A stretch of DNA of 64,000 nt from positions 1-64,000 of the IMG/VR virus record IMGVR_UViG_3300049601_000013; one strand, 5' to 3'. Made by a program: the position numbers and the translations under genes. The notes beneath the pieces were generated by a model. It did not search any database. It saw only the letters and a list, made by a program, of their open reading frames with translations, and was not told where the DNA came from. The DNA is from a virus. Below are positions 42,826 through 52,039 of the stretch, piece after piece. Position 1 is the stretch's first letter. Each line of letters opens with the position of its first letter.

Positions 42826-45800
42826 GCGGGAATGACCTCCACTCGTACGCGTGCGTTGCTGCCGTCTTGCACTACTTCGAGAATGCGAAAGCGTGTTCCC
42901 GGTGCCAAGAGAAACTCCCGTTCACCTGGAAATTGACTTACGTTGGCGACGTAAGCTCCTCGCGTGCCCGGAGGAATCTCAATCTGCATGGCGACCGAAC
43001 CGTTAAACGCACTACCTGGGTTGATTGACGTGCTGGAGAATCCGAGATCGCGAACGACATCACCGGTCATGTTTTCCAACTCACTGACGCTCGACACACC
43101 GAACATCTCGAGGTCCGTACCCCGGAACGTCGTGATTGGCTCAGTGGTCGGACGCATCGCCTCAGTGGCCCGCGCGATTCGTCCCTTCACACTTGGCGTG
43201 CAGTCGAATGCTTTATTAAGGCGCAAGCACCTATTTATAGACTTGTACCCACCACCTGTGTAGCTTACCACGGCAGAGTGTTGCGCGTTGGTCCACGACG
43301 GCGGGCTGTTCACCATCATATTATACTGAAGTTGCGTCGCTTGCGACTCATTAAGAATGGCGTAGTTAGGGTTCGGTGGGAACGGCGTGGAACCGATAAC
43401 TCCTGGAATGCCCGTGGGTGATACGGACGGGAGTGTGGGCGTCGGTGTCGGAAAGGAGTTTCCGGCAAGATGGCCCATTACTTTATTTTCAAACAAGCTC
43501 CCATTCGGCACACCCGCTTGCGCGGCCTTCTTTTCATCCACGATCTTTAGAACTTGCTCGGGCGTCAGGCCCACGCTGTTGGCGACGTCGGCGGCCTTCT
43601 GCGCCAGCGCCTGGGGAGAGTCACTTAGCGACATCATGCCGGAAGTGAACTGGAAGAATGCTTGCGTCTGTATCAGCGGTGGCACGCCGGTGATGCTAGG
43701 GTCAGGCGAAGTCGTGGCCGCAGGCGCAGACGAGGGTGTCGGCGTTGGGACGGCCGCACCAGGCGACGCCGGCGGTGGCGTTGATGCGACCGGTGCGGCG
43801 GCCGCCGTACCCAGCTTCGCCTGGATGTGCGCCTTACCCTTGGACGACTTGGACCACTTAGCGATCTTCGCCTGGATCGGCTTCCCGCCGTCCTTCGACG
43901 AGTTGTGGAAGTTCGCGTCCGCATACTTCAGCACATCCTCGATGGACATGCCGGTCGCCTGCGACGCCGCGTACGCGGCGTCAAAGAGCGACTCTGAAGA
44001 GTTGTACCAGTTGACGCCCGCATTTTGAAACTGCGCGTGTACGTCATTCTGCTGCGCGGGCGTCAGCTGTGGTACACCGTTGGCGTCGTACGTCATCGCA
44101 GGCGGAGTAGGTGGTGTGGGCGGCGTAGGCACGGGCGTCGCGCTGGTGATCGGAGAGATGTCACCTTCGGGCAGTGTCACACTTGCGCCACCTGACACAT
44201 TAATGGTGTACGTGCCTCCGGGGTTCGCTGACACGACGGTGCCGGTTCCGTACATCGTGGAAACCGCAGTTCCGGGAGCATGCGATGTGGTTGCGGTCGG
44301 CGCCGGCGCAGGCGTGATCACACTTAGATCATTTACGTTAAACATAGCGGTGGCTCCGCCGGGAAACTCCACTTGCGCCATTGTGCCACTTGGCGCCATG
44401 TTTGTGACTACGCCCGTACCGTCAGGTGTGCTGACTTCGGCGCCAATAGCCGGAAGACTCGGGTCAGTCTCTGACATGTCATCAAACTCACTGGGCTTCA
44501 GCCACAATATGCTACCGTCGGGGCCGGACACCTTGATGAACAGCATGCCGGTGACGTCTGCCTTGACCTCATCAAGTATGGTGTATTCATCAGGTGGTGA
44601 GCCCACCTTCGTACCCGGCTTAGGCACCGTGTCCACAAGCGCTGCTTGCGCATCGCTGAGCTTTACGGGAACGCTCATGGGCACAATCACACTACTACCA
44701 TCGGGAAGTTGAAGCTGAATTCCCGTACTTCCGTTAGGCAGTGTGCCGGTTCCCATGACAGTGCCTACGGTGCCACTTATCGTCTTTACCTTGACGCCAA
44801 CGCCCACTCCGATGTTTGCCCCCGGAATCGGTCCACTTATCGCCGGTGCCGGTGCCGGTGTGGGGTCAATGGCGGGATTCACGGCATTATTGTATGCCTC
44901 CGCCACCTTTACGCTGTGTTGCGGCGTCCACGACGTGCCGTACTTTTCCTTGTACTTATGTGTCTCCACCTCCAGCTGGTCGGCGAGTTCATCACCCAAT
45001 GCAGTGTCACCGTTGGCGTACGCCTCGAGTACTTGGCTGTGTGCATTGGCGATTTTCATGCTGGCATTCGCCTGCACCGTAAGATCAATTAGGCTGTATG
45101 GCTCACCATTGAGTGCTTGTGTTGCGGGAGCATTTGTGGCGCTAAACGTCTTAGCGGTGGTTTTCTTAGCGGTCTTTTTCGCGGGAATGGCCACCGTCGG
45201 AGCCGGAGCTATGGTTGGCGTCGGTGGCGTGACGGCCGCCGCGGCCTTCTTAGCGGTGGCAGCTGCCTTCTTAGTCGCCGCAACGGTTGGGTAGACCGAT
45301 GACGGAAACGGTCCACCTCCGAGCTTTTCCTTCATCGTGTCTGAGATGAGGGTGTCTCCGCGCTGCTCGTCCATGAGCGCGACGACGTGTTCGGGAGCGA
45401 CGTTGTACGTCTGCGCGATGTTCGCGATGTACTGCGCCATCAAGTCGGCAGACATCGTCTCCGGCTTGGGCATCTGTGTCTTCGCCGACGTCAAGATCTG
45501 AAGCACCTTGAACGGCGTGATTCCCGCACCTGAGACGTCATTCCAGCCGGGTGCAAAGGGCCCTGTGATAGGAGCGGTGGGAGCGGCGACCGGCGTGAGC
45601 TCTTCGGTCGTGCCGTCGTGCGGGTCTTCCCACAAGGCACTCAGCTCGTTTGCCTTCTTATACGCGGCGCCCTTGCCCAGGACGTCGATGACCTCCCAGC
45701 CGCCGTCCGGTGTACGACGCTGCACCGTCCAGTTGTTGCCGGCGGCGTTGAAGATCATGCGGTGCTGGCCGTCAGCGGACGCGATGATGGTGCCGTTTGG

Positions 45801-46625
45801 GTGCTTACCGTAGATGACCTTGTTGGTCATCTTCTTTCCACCGGAAGCCGTAGTCGTGGGGGTCGGCGCGGGCGCAGGTGAAGCACCAGGTGTGGATGAA
45901 GCGGTGGGAGCAGAGGTAGGCGTTGCGGCCTTCTTAGCCGATGCTTTCTTTCCGGCACGAGATGTAACGAGTGGTGATACGTTGCCCTCGGTGGTGCCAA
46001 GGGTGAGATCAGTTACCTTTTCTTTCTCACTCGATGTTGAACCCTCCGGCGTGACGACGACCTCAACGACGCCCACACTGGCATTGAAGGTGGGATAGCT
46101 TGTGACGATTCCTACTAGGCCACTCGGCAGCACGACCGACGTACCAGGCGGAGGTGCATCGGCGAACTGCTTACGCTGTGCCGCAGTCATCTTATGAATA
46201 TCGGACGCGAAGTGCTCTTCTTGTGTTCCGTCCGGAAGTTCAACGATGACCGAGTCAAGACCAAACTTGCCCTTCTTATGTGAAAGAATGCGTCCGATAC
46301 CGCCACCGGTGAGTGCCACCGTGTCATTGACGTGCACGCCCGACTCTGCGCCCGGCACTTGCTCGCCACGTGATGGTGTCGGCGCCGCACTCTTTGAGCC
46401 GGCCTTCTTAGCAAAGCGTCCCTTGGAGTCGCGCTTTACCTCACCCTCCGTGAAATCCGGATCCGCCGCAGCCGTCAGGGCCTTGATGAGCGTCGCGTAC
46501 GTCGTCATCTTCGGCCGACGAACGCTCGCCACCGTCTCCGTAGGCGCGGGCGCGGGCATCTCAACGACCCACATGACGTTGTCAGGGTCGGTCAGTGGCG
46601 TGATTTTTGGCGTAGGCGTGGTCAT
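42822..46625 (-). CDS. giant modular protein with C-terminal ADP-ribosyltransferase domain (R-S-ExE)
   Basis: C-terminus has YTGGGYKSINRCLR, ITTFRGTD, LGFSSTSINP and PGEREFLLAPGTRF. Upstream are repeated SH3/KOW-like beta modules, three helical modules and Ala/Pro/Thr linkers. Confidence 0.75.
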   Translation of the reverse strand: MTTPTPKITPLTDPDNVMWVVEMPAPAPTETVASVRRPKMTTYATLIKALTAAADPDFTEGEVKRDSKGRFAKKAGSKSAAPTPSRGEQVPGAESGVHVNDTVALTGGGIGRILSHKKGKFGLDSVIVELPDGTQEEHFASDIHKMTAAQRKQFADAPPPGTSVVLPSGLVGIVTSYPTFNASVGVVEVVVTPEGSTSSEKEKVTDLTLGTTEGNVSPLVTSRAGKKASAKKAATPTSAPTASSTPGASPAPAPTPTTTASGGKKMTNKVIYGKHPNGTIIASADGQHRMIFNAAGNNWTVQRRTPDGGWEVIDVLGKGAAYKKANELSALWEDPHDGTTEELTPVAAPTAPITGPFAPGWNDVSGAGITPFKVLQILTSAKTQMPKPETMSADLMAQYIANIAQTYNVAPEHVVALMDEQRGDTLISDTMKEKLGGGPFPSSVYPTVAATKKAAATAKKAAAAVTPPTPTIAPAPTVAIPAKKTAKKTTAKTFSATNAPATQALNGEPYSLIDLTVQANASMKIANAHSQVLEAYANGDTALGDELADQLEVETHKYKEKYGTSWTPQHSVKVAEAYNNAVNPAIDPTPAPAPAISGPIPGANIGVGVGVKVKTISGTVGTVMGTGTLPNGSTGIQLQLPDGSSVIVPMSVPVKLSDAQAALVDTVPKPGTKVGSPPDEYTILDEVKADVTGMLFIKVSGPDGSILWLKPSEFDDMSETDPSLPAIGAEVSTPDGTGVVTNMAPSGTMAQVEFPGGATAMFNVNDLSVITPAPAPTATTSHAPGTAVSTMYGTGTVVSANPGGTYTINVSGGASVTLPEGDISPITSATPVPTPPTPPTPPAMTYDANGVPQLTPAQQNDVHAQFQNAGVNWYNSSESLFDAAYAASQATGMSIEDVLKYADANFHNSSKDGGKPIQAKIAKWSKSSKGKAHIQAKLGTAAAAPVASTPPPASPGAAVPTPTPSSAPAATTSPDPSITGVPPLIQTQAFFQFTSGMMSLSDSPQALAQKAADVANSVGLTPEQVLKIVDEKKAAQAGVPNGSLFENKVMGHLAGNSFPTPTPTLPSVSPTGIPGVIGSTPFPPNPNYAILNESQATQLQYNMMVNSPPSWTNAQHSAVVSYTGGGYKSINRCLRLNKAFDCTPSVKGRIARATEAMRPTTEPITTFRGTDLEMFGVSSVSELENMTGDVVRDLGFSSTSINPGSAFNGSVAMQIEIPPGTRGAYVANVSQFPGEREFLLAPGTRFRILEVVQDGSNARVRVEVIPA

Positions 46626-48823
46626 ACGACAACCCTCAAGCGAACGACCGACGGGTCACCGTCAGTGGCGGGTGGGATGACTTCCAAGATCTCATAGCGC
46701 GTGCTGGGTGGCATGACCAGCTCATACTCTTCGGTGTTCTCGGTGATGTTCTCGACGTATGCGGCGGGAGCACCGGCGGGAGTCTCGATCTGCATGAGCA
46801 CCGCCTGGCCAGGTGGTGGCGCCGATGAGCCGTGTGTGAAAGACTCCGCCACCTCCGAGTCGATTGAGCTGCTGCTAAAGCCAGGGTCACGCACGACGGC
46901 GCCGACCATTCCCTCGAGTGCCGCGACGTTCCCGACGCCCAGCGCCTGCAGGTTGGCTCCTCGGAACGTCGTTACGCCGCGTGGAAGTGGCCGCATACCC
47001 GCGGTCGCGTTCTCATTGAGCGTCTCAACGTCGTCATCGCAGCCCTCATCGAACCGCAGGCAGTTGTTCATGTCGCGATATGATGACCCCGTGTATGTGA
47101 CGAGTCCACTTTGTTCAGCGGATGTCCACGGCTCATCGTCAAGCATCTCTTGCTGCAGCGCGTCCATCTCCGCGGGCGACGCCCGCGGAAAGTCTTCATC
47201 CACATCCAAGAACGGCGTGCCGCGAATCTCGGAGTCCGCACCGGCGGAGGGAGGAGCGGTCGCGACCGCGAAGTCATCACCGGCGAGCGCGTCGATGCCG
47301 AAGGGCTGCGCCAAGATGTCTTCGAATCCGTCGCTGTCCTCGATGACTTGCGCCGCATCCGGTGAGACGTTCTCCAGCGACTGCGGAGAGTCGTCAAACT
47401 GGACGCGAATGTTCTCGTTGAGCCCGTCGGATCCCGCATCCGCGACGCGAACAGTTCCCGCACGGTTGCCCACGACGACACGGTCGCCGGGGAGCGCGTA
47501 CACCCCCTCCGCTACGGAGAGGCTGTCGAGTACATCTTGGTCCACCTGGACGAGCGGAGCCGCCGGCGAGGGAGGGCCGGTCGTTGGCTCGATCGTGATG
47601 TCATCCGGCTCCGGCTCCGGCTCCGGAGTGGGCGGAGGCGGAGGCGCCGCGGGTGCGGTCTTCTTTCCCGGAACCTTCTTCGCGCTCTTCTTCGCCGGCG
47701 GTGGTGCCACCGGTGCGGGTGTCGGCGGGGGTGGCGTAGGCGCCGGAGCCGGTGCGGCCGGAGTGGGCGCCGGCGCCGGCGGTGGCGTTGGCGCGGGAGC
47801 CGTCTTCTTCGCGGGCGGCGGTGCAGCCTTCTTCGCCGGCTTCGTGTAGTCGATCTTTGGGGCGGCCTTCTTCGCCGGCTTCTTGTAGCTGATCTTCTTG
47901 CCGGAACCCGGCTTCGGAGCGAAGCGTCCCTTGTCCCGGTTCACCTTCGACTCATCGAATGGCCTACGAGCAAGCTCGTTAAGCTGCACCGCCGCGGTCA
48001 GCGAGTCGAGGTCGACGAAGTTCGCGGGGTCGAACTCGTCGGTCACGTCCGGGAGGTCGTCCAGCGCGAGCGTCAGCTCGGACTTCTTAACGTCGAAGGT
48101 CATCGTGCAGCGGCAGTTGATGACGCAGCCGGGCTCACCCTGCGGGTCGCCGGGAAAAGCCAGCGCCTCGCCACAGACGATGAACACGTTGTTGACGCTT
48201 ACCGTCTGGCCATTGGCCTTGCGATGTGCCTCACGCGTGCGATCATCCTTGGTGGCGAGCCACGTCTTCTTCGCGATGACGCCAGTCGACATGATCTCGT
48301 CCAGCGCGCCGGCGTTGCTGGCAGAGATGATCTCCGTCCGCGCCACCGTCTCGGCGCGCGAGCGGCTCCAGTCGGTGACACCCTGAAGTCGCGTCGCGAG
48401 CTGCTCCGTCGACTCGCCCGCCCGGAAGCCCTCGATCAGCTGTGCACGCGCGCGGGCCCACGTTCCCTCGGTGACGCCCACCATGCGGTTTGCGGCGTCG
48501 ATCAGGTAAGCAACCGCCGCGGACTGCGACACGAAGGGAACGTCGGCGTTGGCGAGGGTGACGAGCTGCAGGTGCGTACGCTCCGCCGAGCCGACGTACT
48601 CATCCACGACCCGCGGAAAGAAGTGGTCATTGACCGCTCCTCGCCAGGCGGCCCGCGCCTGGTCGAGAATGACCCGCTCAGGTCGCTCGGCGGCCGCCGT
48701 GATAGTCGACTCGAGGGCGGCCGTCGCGCGTCGCAGAATGCCACTCAACGTCGTGAACATGTCGGCAGCGAGGGCGTCCGCGTGGCGCTGTAGCTCGGTC
48801 TCGGGCGCCATCTTGAGCTTCAT
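46622..48823 (-). CDS. MuF/SPP1 gp7-like head morphogenesis protein fused to C-terminal ADP-ribosyltransferase domain
   Basis: MuF core ETVARTEIISASNAG...WLATKDDRTREAHRKANGQ...CVINCRCTM, then a Pro/Ala/Lys linker. C-terminal YTGSSYRDMNNCLR, TTFRGAN, GFSSSSID and TEEYELVMPPSTRY. Confidence 0.8.
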   Translation of the reverse strand: MKLKMAPETELQRHADALAADMFTTLSGILRRATAALESTITAAAERPERVILDQARAAWRGAVNDHFFPRVVDEYVGSAERTHLQLVTLANADVPFVSQSAAVAYLIDAANRMVGVTEGTWARARAQLIEGFRAGESTEQLATRLQGVTDWSRSRAETVARTEIISASNAGALDEIMSTGVIAKKTWLATKDDRTREAHRKANGQTVSVNNVFIVCGEALAFPGDPQGEPGCVINCRCTMTFDVKKSELTLALDDLPDVTDEFDPANFVDLDSLTAAVQLNELARRPFDESKVNRDKGRFAPKPGSGKKISYKKPAKKAAPKIDYTKPAKKAAPPPAKKTAPAPTPPPAPAPTPAAPAPAPTPPPPTPAPVAPPPAKKSAKKVPGKKTAPAAPPPPPTPEPEPEPDDITIEPTTGPPSPAAPLVQVDQDVLDSLSVAEGVYALPGDRVVVGNRAGTVRVADAGSDGLNENIRVQFDDSPQSLENVSPDAAQVIEDSDGFEDILAQPFGIDALAGDDFAVATAPPSAGADSEIRGTPFLDVDEDFPRASPAEMDALQQEMLDDEPWTSAEQSGLVTYTGSSYRDMNNCLRFDEGCDDDVETLNENATAGMRPLPRGVTTFRGANLQALGVGNVAALEGMVGAVVRDPGFSSSSIDSEVAESFTHGSSAPPPGQAVLMQIETPAGAPAAYVENITENTEEYELVMPPSTRYEILEVIPPATDGDPSVVRLRVVV
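47590..47900 (-). repeat. Pro/Ala/Lys low-complexity linker with a ~32-nt imperfect direct repeat
   Basis: gccttcttcgccggcttcgtgtagtcgatctt and gccttcttcgccggcttcttgtagctgatctt encode KIDYTKPAKKAAP and KISYKKPAKKAAP. PAP/PPP runs flank them. Confidence 0.55.
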
Positions 48824-50451
48824 TACGGACGAGTCCTCTCGGCGATCTCGAGAAAGCGACGGTCGACGGCGCTCTCACCGGGCGGTGGTGGAGGCGCCGT
48901 GGACGTCTCCGGTGGACCGAGAGACGGTGCACCGGTGGCCGGCTGGGGTACGGGGAGGTTCGCACCGGGCGGGGTCGTGGATTCCTCGCCCTCACCGCCG
49001 GCCACCGGAGTTCCTGTAAGCATCTCGAACGAGTTGACTACCTGCTGGCCGTTGTACGCCAGCTTCGTCAAGATCTGCTCGTCGCGCTCTGCGTCCGTGG
49101 GAGCGTCGGCGTCATCGAAGCCGGTGACTCGCCGAAGCGCGGCGTTGGAGATCGCGACCCGGTCGTGCAGCTGGACCGCACGTTCTCCGAGGTCGGGCTT
49201 CTTCTCAAGTTCGGATGCGTCGTACCAGACGACGTAGCGTACGCCGTCGTCATCCTCACCGTCATCATCCTGGTCGGTGTCGGCGGCGTACTCCGCGAGA
49301 CTCTGACTCGACAGACCCGGCTGGAGGTAGCCCACGGTCAAGCCGCGGCAGATCGTTTCCACGGTGGGTAGCACGTGAACCTTGATCGCCTGCTCTTCGA
49401 TGTTCCACGCACTCCAGTGGTTCACATCTCCCATTCCCGTGAGAACCTCGGCCGGGACGTTGAGTATCTTGGCCAGTCGACCCAGCGCGCGGTCGCGCCC
49501 GTCAAGCGTCTCCGCGACGACGTTATCCGAGAAGCGGATGTGCTTGAACTTGTCGATGAACTCCGACGCGACGCGCATCGGAATGGGCAGTGCGGCCGCG
49601 GCGCTCCCCGGGTTCTGAATCGCCTTCGACGCAACATCGATCCACTCAGAGATCAGCGGGTCCGCCGCGTCGGAGAACTCATCACGAACGGGAAACGTGA
49701 CCTCATCCGGAATCAGCCAGACGCCGTTGCTAGCGACGCGGGCGGTTAGCTCGGTGATGATCTTACGGTTGTAGAGGTCGACCTCACGCATCACGCCAAG
49801 CGCGGGCTCCGTCGGCGAGATGGCGAGCCACGGGAACTGCTCGTCGGGGTTCCAGATGCGTACGACCAGCGACTCCGCCGGCAGCGGGACCCACGCGGAC
49901 TCGTCGACGCGGATCGCGAAGTTTCCGCTGTTGTCCTTGCGAACGACGTCGGTCGAGTAGACGCCACTGTGCGTGTTGCCATCATCATCTTCGTACATGA
50001 TGAAGTACGCATCACCCGCGATGTCAAGCTTCACGGAAAAGCTCTTCATCAAGACCGACTGGCCGCCCACGCCCTCGGCGAGCTTGTCCATAAGCTCGGC
50101 GGCGGGACCCTCTTCCACGATCTCCGGCTCATCCGAGCCGGGCACGATCTTCGCCGCCTTCAATCGGACGCGCGAGACCGCGTTGCCCTTCCACTCGGTG
50201 GCATACCAGAGCTCACCTTGAGTGCGCCAGTTGTCCCACGCCTCATCCTGCCAACGCTTCGACTGGATGGTTGTGCCGCGGTCGGCGCGCAGTACGGCGG
50301 CCGCGGCGGTAAGTGAGTCGCGTGGCGCACGCGCCGCGGCGCGTCGCTCACGGCGGGTCAGCTTCCGGTGCGCGGGAACGCGTGAAGCCACGACCTCCGT
50401 GGACATGACACGAGCTCGGCCTCGCGCCGATGAGGTCTTGCGCCACGCCAT
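48823..50451 (-). CDS. portal protein
   Basis: 542 aa from ATG 50451 (after GGAGGTAGTAGG). The WQDEAWDNWRTQGELWYATEWKGNAVSRVRL pattern and its position upstream of MuF are typical of actinophage portals. Confidence 0.75.
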   Translation of the reverse strand: MAWRKTSSARGRARVMSTEVVASRVPAHRKLTRRERRAAARAPRDSLTAAAAVLRADRGTTIQSKRWQDEAWDNWRTQGELWYATEWKGNAVSRVRLKAAKIVPGSDEPEIVEEGPAAELMDKLAEGVGGQSVLMKSFSVKLDIAGDAYFIMYEDDDGNTHSGVYSTDVVRKDNSGNFAIRVDESAWVPLPAESLVVRIWNPDEQFPWLAISPTEPALGVMREVDLYNRKIITELTARVASNGVWLIPDEVTFPVRDEFSDAADPLISEWIDVASKAIQNPGSAAAALPIPMRVASEFIDKFKHIRFSDNVVAETLDGRDRALGRLAKILNVPAEVLTGMGDVNHWSAWNIEEQAIKVHVLPTVETICRGLTVGYLQPGLSSQSLAEYAADTDQDDDGEDDDGVRYVVWYDASELEKKPDLGERAVQLHDRVAISNAALRRVTGFDDADAPTDAERDEQILTKLAYNGQQVVNSFEMLTGTPVAGGEGEESTTPPGANLPVPQPATGAPSLGPPETSTAPPPPPGESAVDRRFLEIAERTRP

Positions 50452-50455
50452 CCTA

Positions 50456-51040
50456 CTACCTCCGAGCGAGTACGACTTGGTAACGGCCTGCGGTCTCGTG
50501 CCGAACGACGTTCCAGCCGCCGCTCTCAATCATGGCGCGGTAGCCGGGCATGTCCCACGCCCACGCGTGCACCGCGTCATGTGACGCCTCAGTCTCATCC
50601 ACGGGCGATGATGCGATCAAGACGCGGACGCCCGCGTTCCGGACGGCGCGAACCAGGTCGTGAGGCCGAGCCACGTGCTCGAGAACCTCGAGCATCGTGG
50701 TGACGGTCCCAAGCTCTGGCCGCTCGACGGTGAAGTCTTGCAGGCGCACGTCCACCCCGCGCTCCGCCGCTCCCACGACGTTGGCCGGGCAGAGGTCGTA
50801 ACCCCACGCGCGTTCCACGAACGGCGCCACGAGGGTCAAGAACCCGCCGTCGCCCGCTCCCAGGTCCGACAGCGTCGGACGCGCGTACCAGTTCTCAGCC
50901 GCGCGTACGCAGTCGAGCGCGAGGTCCATGCGCGGCCGATGGTGCGTCTGCTCCAGGTGCGGGGCGCGCTCGCGGTCGCGGTGAAACTCGGCGGTGCTGA
51001 CGTGCGGCACCGTGTTCTCCTCGAAGAGTCGCCACTCCAT
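50456..51040 (-). CDS. class I SAM-dependent methyltransferase-like protein
   Basis: LSDLGAGDGGFL (motif I) and VTTMLEVLEHVARP. ATG 51040 overlaps the upstream TGA. Confidence 0.6.
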   Translation of the reverse strand: MEWRLFEENTVPHVSTAEFHRDRERAPHLEQTHHRPRMDLALDCVRAAENWYARPTLSDLGAGDGGFLTLVAPFVERAWGYDLCPANVVGAAERGVDVRLQDFTVERPELGTVTTMLEVLEHVARPHDLVRAVRNAGVRVLIASSPVDETEASHDAVHAWAWDMPGYRAMIESGGWNVVRHETAGRYQVVLARR

Positions 51041-51387
51041 CAGTCCACCTCCGGCTCGTGTGTGGCAATGATGCCGGTTAGCGCCGACGCGGCGAAGACC
51101 ATCGCGTAGGGCCACGGCACCGAGGTGTACCGGTCGAACACCAGCACGACACCCGCGGCGACGTACATGGACGCGCACCACATGCACGTGATCAGGTACG
51201 AGAACCAGTGATCTTCGCCGAACTTCCGGATCACCCAGTCGCGCGGTCGGGCGATCAACGGAAACGCGTCTGCGGCGATCAGCCGGGTGACGCGGTACGT
51301 CACGAGGCTGATCACGATGAGTATGAAGATCGGGTAAAGAGGATCAAAGCCTGCCCACGAGTTGTACTCACCTACGGTGCTCTCCAC
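51040..51387 (-). CDS. DUF1360-like integral membrane protein
   Basis: YRVTRLIAADAFPLIARPRDW...LITCMWCASMYVAAG pattern. GTG 51387 follows GGGAGGCTATC. Confidence 0.55.
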   Translation of the reverse strand: MESTVGEYNSWAGFDPLYPIFILIVISLVTYRVTRLIAADAFPLIARPRDWVIRKFGEDHWFSYLITCMWCASMYVAAGVVLVFDRYTSVPWPYAMVFAASALTGIIATHEPEVD

Positions 51388-51490
51388 GATAGCCTCCCAG
51401 TGATACGGTACTACACCTATGTGAAGTTTGACGTGTATTGACGAGAGTGCGGGTTGACCTGGCCCGATGTGTGCCACCTGGACACGACAA

Positions 51491-51521
51491 AGAGCCCCAC
51501 CCAGGAAGCGGGTGGGGCTCT
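51491..51521 (-). terminator. rho-independent terminator
   Basis: AGAGCCCCACCC / GGGTGGGGCTCT stem, followed by minus-sense TTTGTCGTGT. Confidence 0.6.
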
Positions 51522-51541
51522 GTGCGTTGCCGCGGTGGATG

Positions 51542-51973
51542 CTAGTCGGACAGCAGCCAGGCGATGAGTACCACGATCGCGGCGACGAAGATGCCGGCGA
51601 TGAGGGCGATGGCCCACACCGGCATGTCATCGTCATCGTGCTTCTTACGACTGAGGCACTGCTGGAACGCGACGCTGTTAAGCGCGTTCGCGTTCGGCAG
51701 GTAGCAGAAGTCCTGCATGTTCATGACGATCGCGGTGCCGTCCGGGTGCGTCACGGTCGTGGGCGGCAGCTTGGCGAGGTCCTTGGGCTTCTGGATCTTA
51801 ACGCCGCCCCCGCCCGAGTTGCCGCCGGTGGACCCGCTCGTCGACCCGCCTTTAGAGCCGCTCGAGCCCTTTCCGCCGGTCGAACTGCCTCCACTGGAGC
51901 TACCCCCGGTGCCGCCTCCCTTGCCGCCTGAGGAGCCGCCGGAGGTCTTTTCCACGTACGCTACGTAGTACAC
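51542..51973 (-). CDS. Gly/Ser-rich low-complexity protein with C-terminal TM anchor
   Basis: GTG 51973 follows GGGAGACAAC. A ~47-aa (G/S/T/K)n tract is followed by a DDDD patch and then VWAIALIAGIFVAAIVVLIAWLL. Confidence 0.45.
   Translation of the reverse strand: MYYVAYVEKTSGGSSGGKGGGTGGSSSGGSSTGGKGSSGSKGGSTSGSTGGNSGGGGVKIQKPKDLAKLPPTTVTHPDGTAIVMNMQDFCYLPNANALNSVAFQQCLSRKKHDDDDMPVWAIALIAGIFVAAIVVLIAWLLSD
51803..51943 (-). repeat. Gly/Ser/Thr/Lys low-complexity coding tract
   Basis: SGGSSGGKGGGTGGSSSGGSSTGGKGSSGSKGGSTSGSTGGNSGGGG. Confidence 0.6.
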
Positions 51974-52010
51974 GTTGTCTCCCTGTCGTGTCCTGTCGTG
52001 CCGTGGTACG

Positions 52011-52039
52011 AATATACCACAAGTACGCCCGCCGAGCAA
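52011..52039 (-). promoter_or_regulatory. sigma70-like promoter overlapping a terminator hairpin
   Basis: Minus-sense TTGCTC, 17 nt spacer, TATATT with TGTGG upstream of the -10 (ttgtggTATATTcgtacc). Confidence 0.5.
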
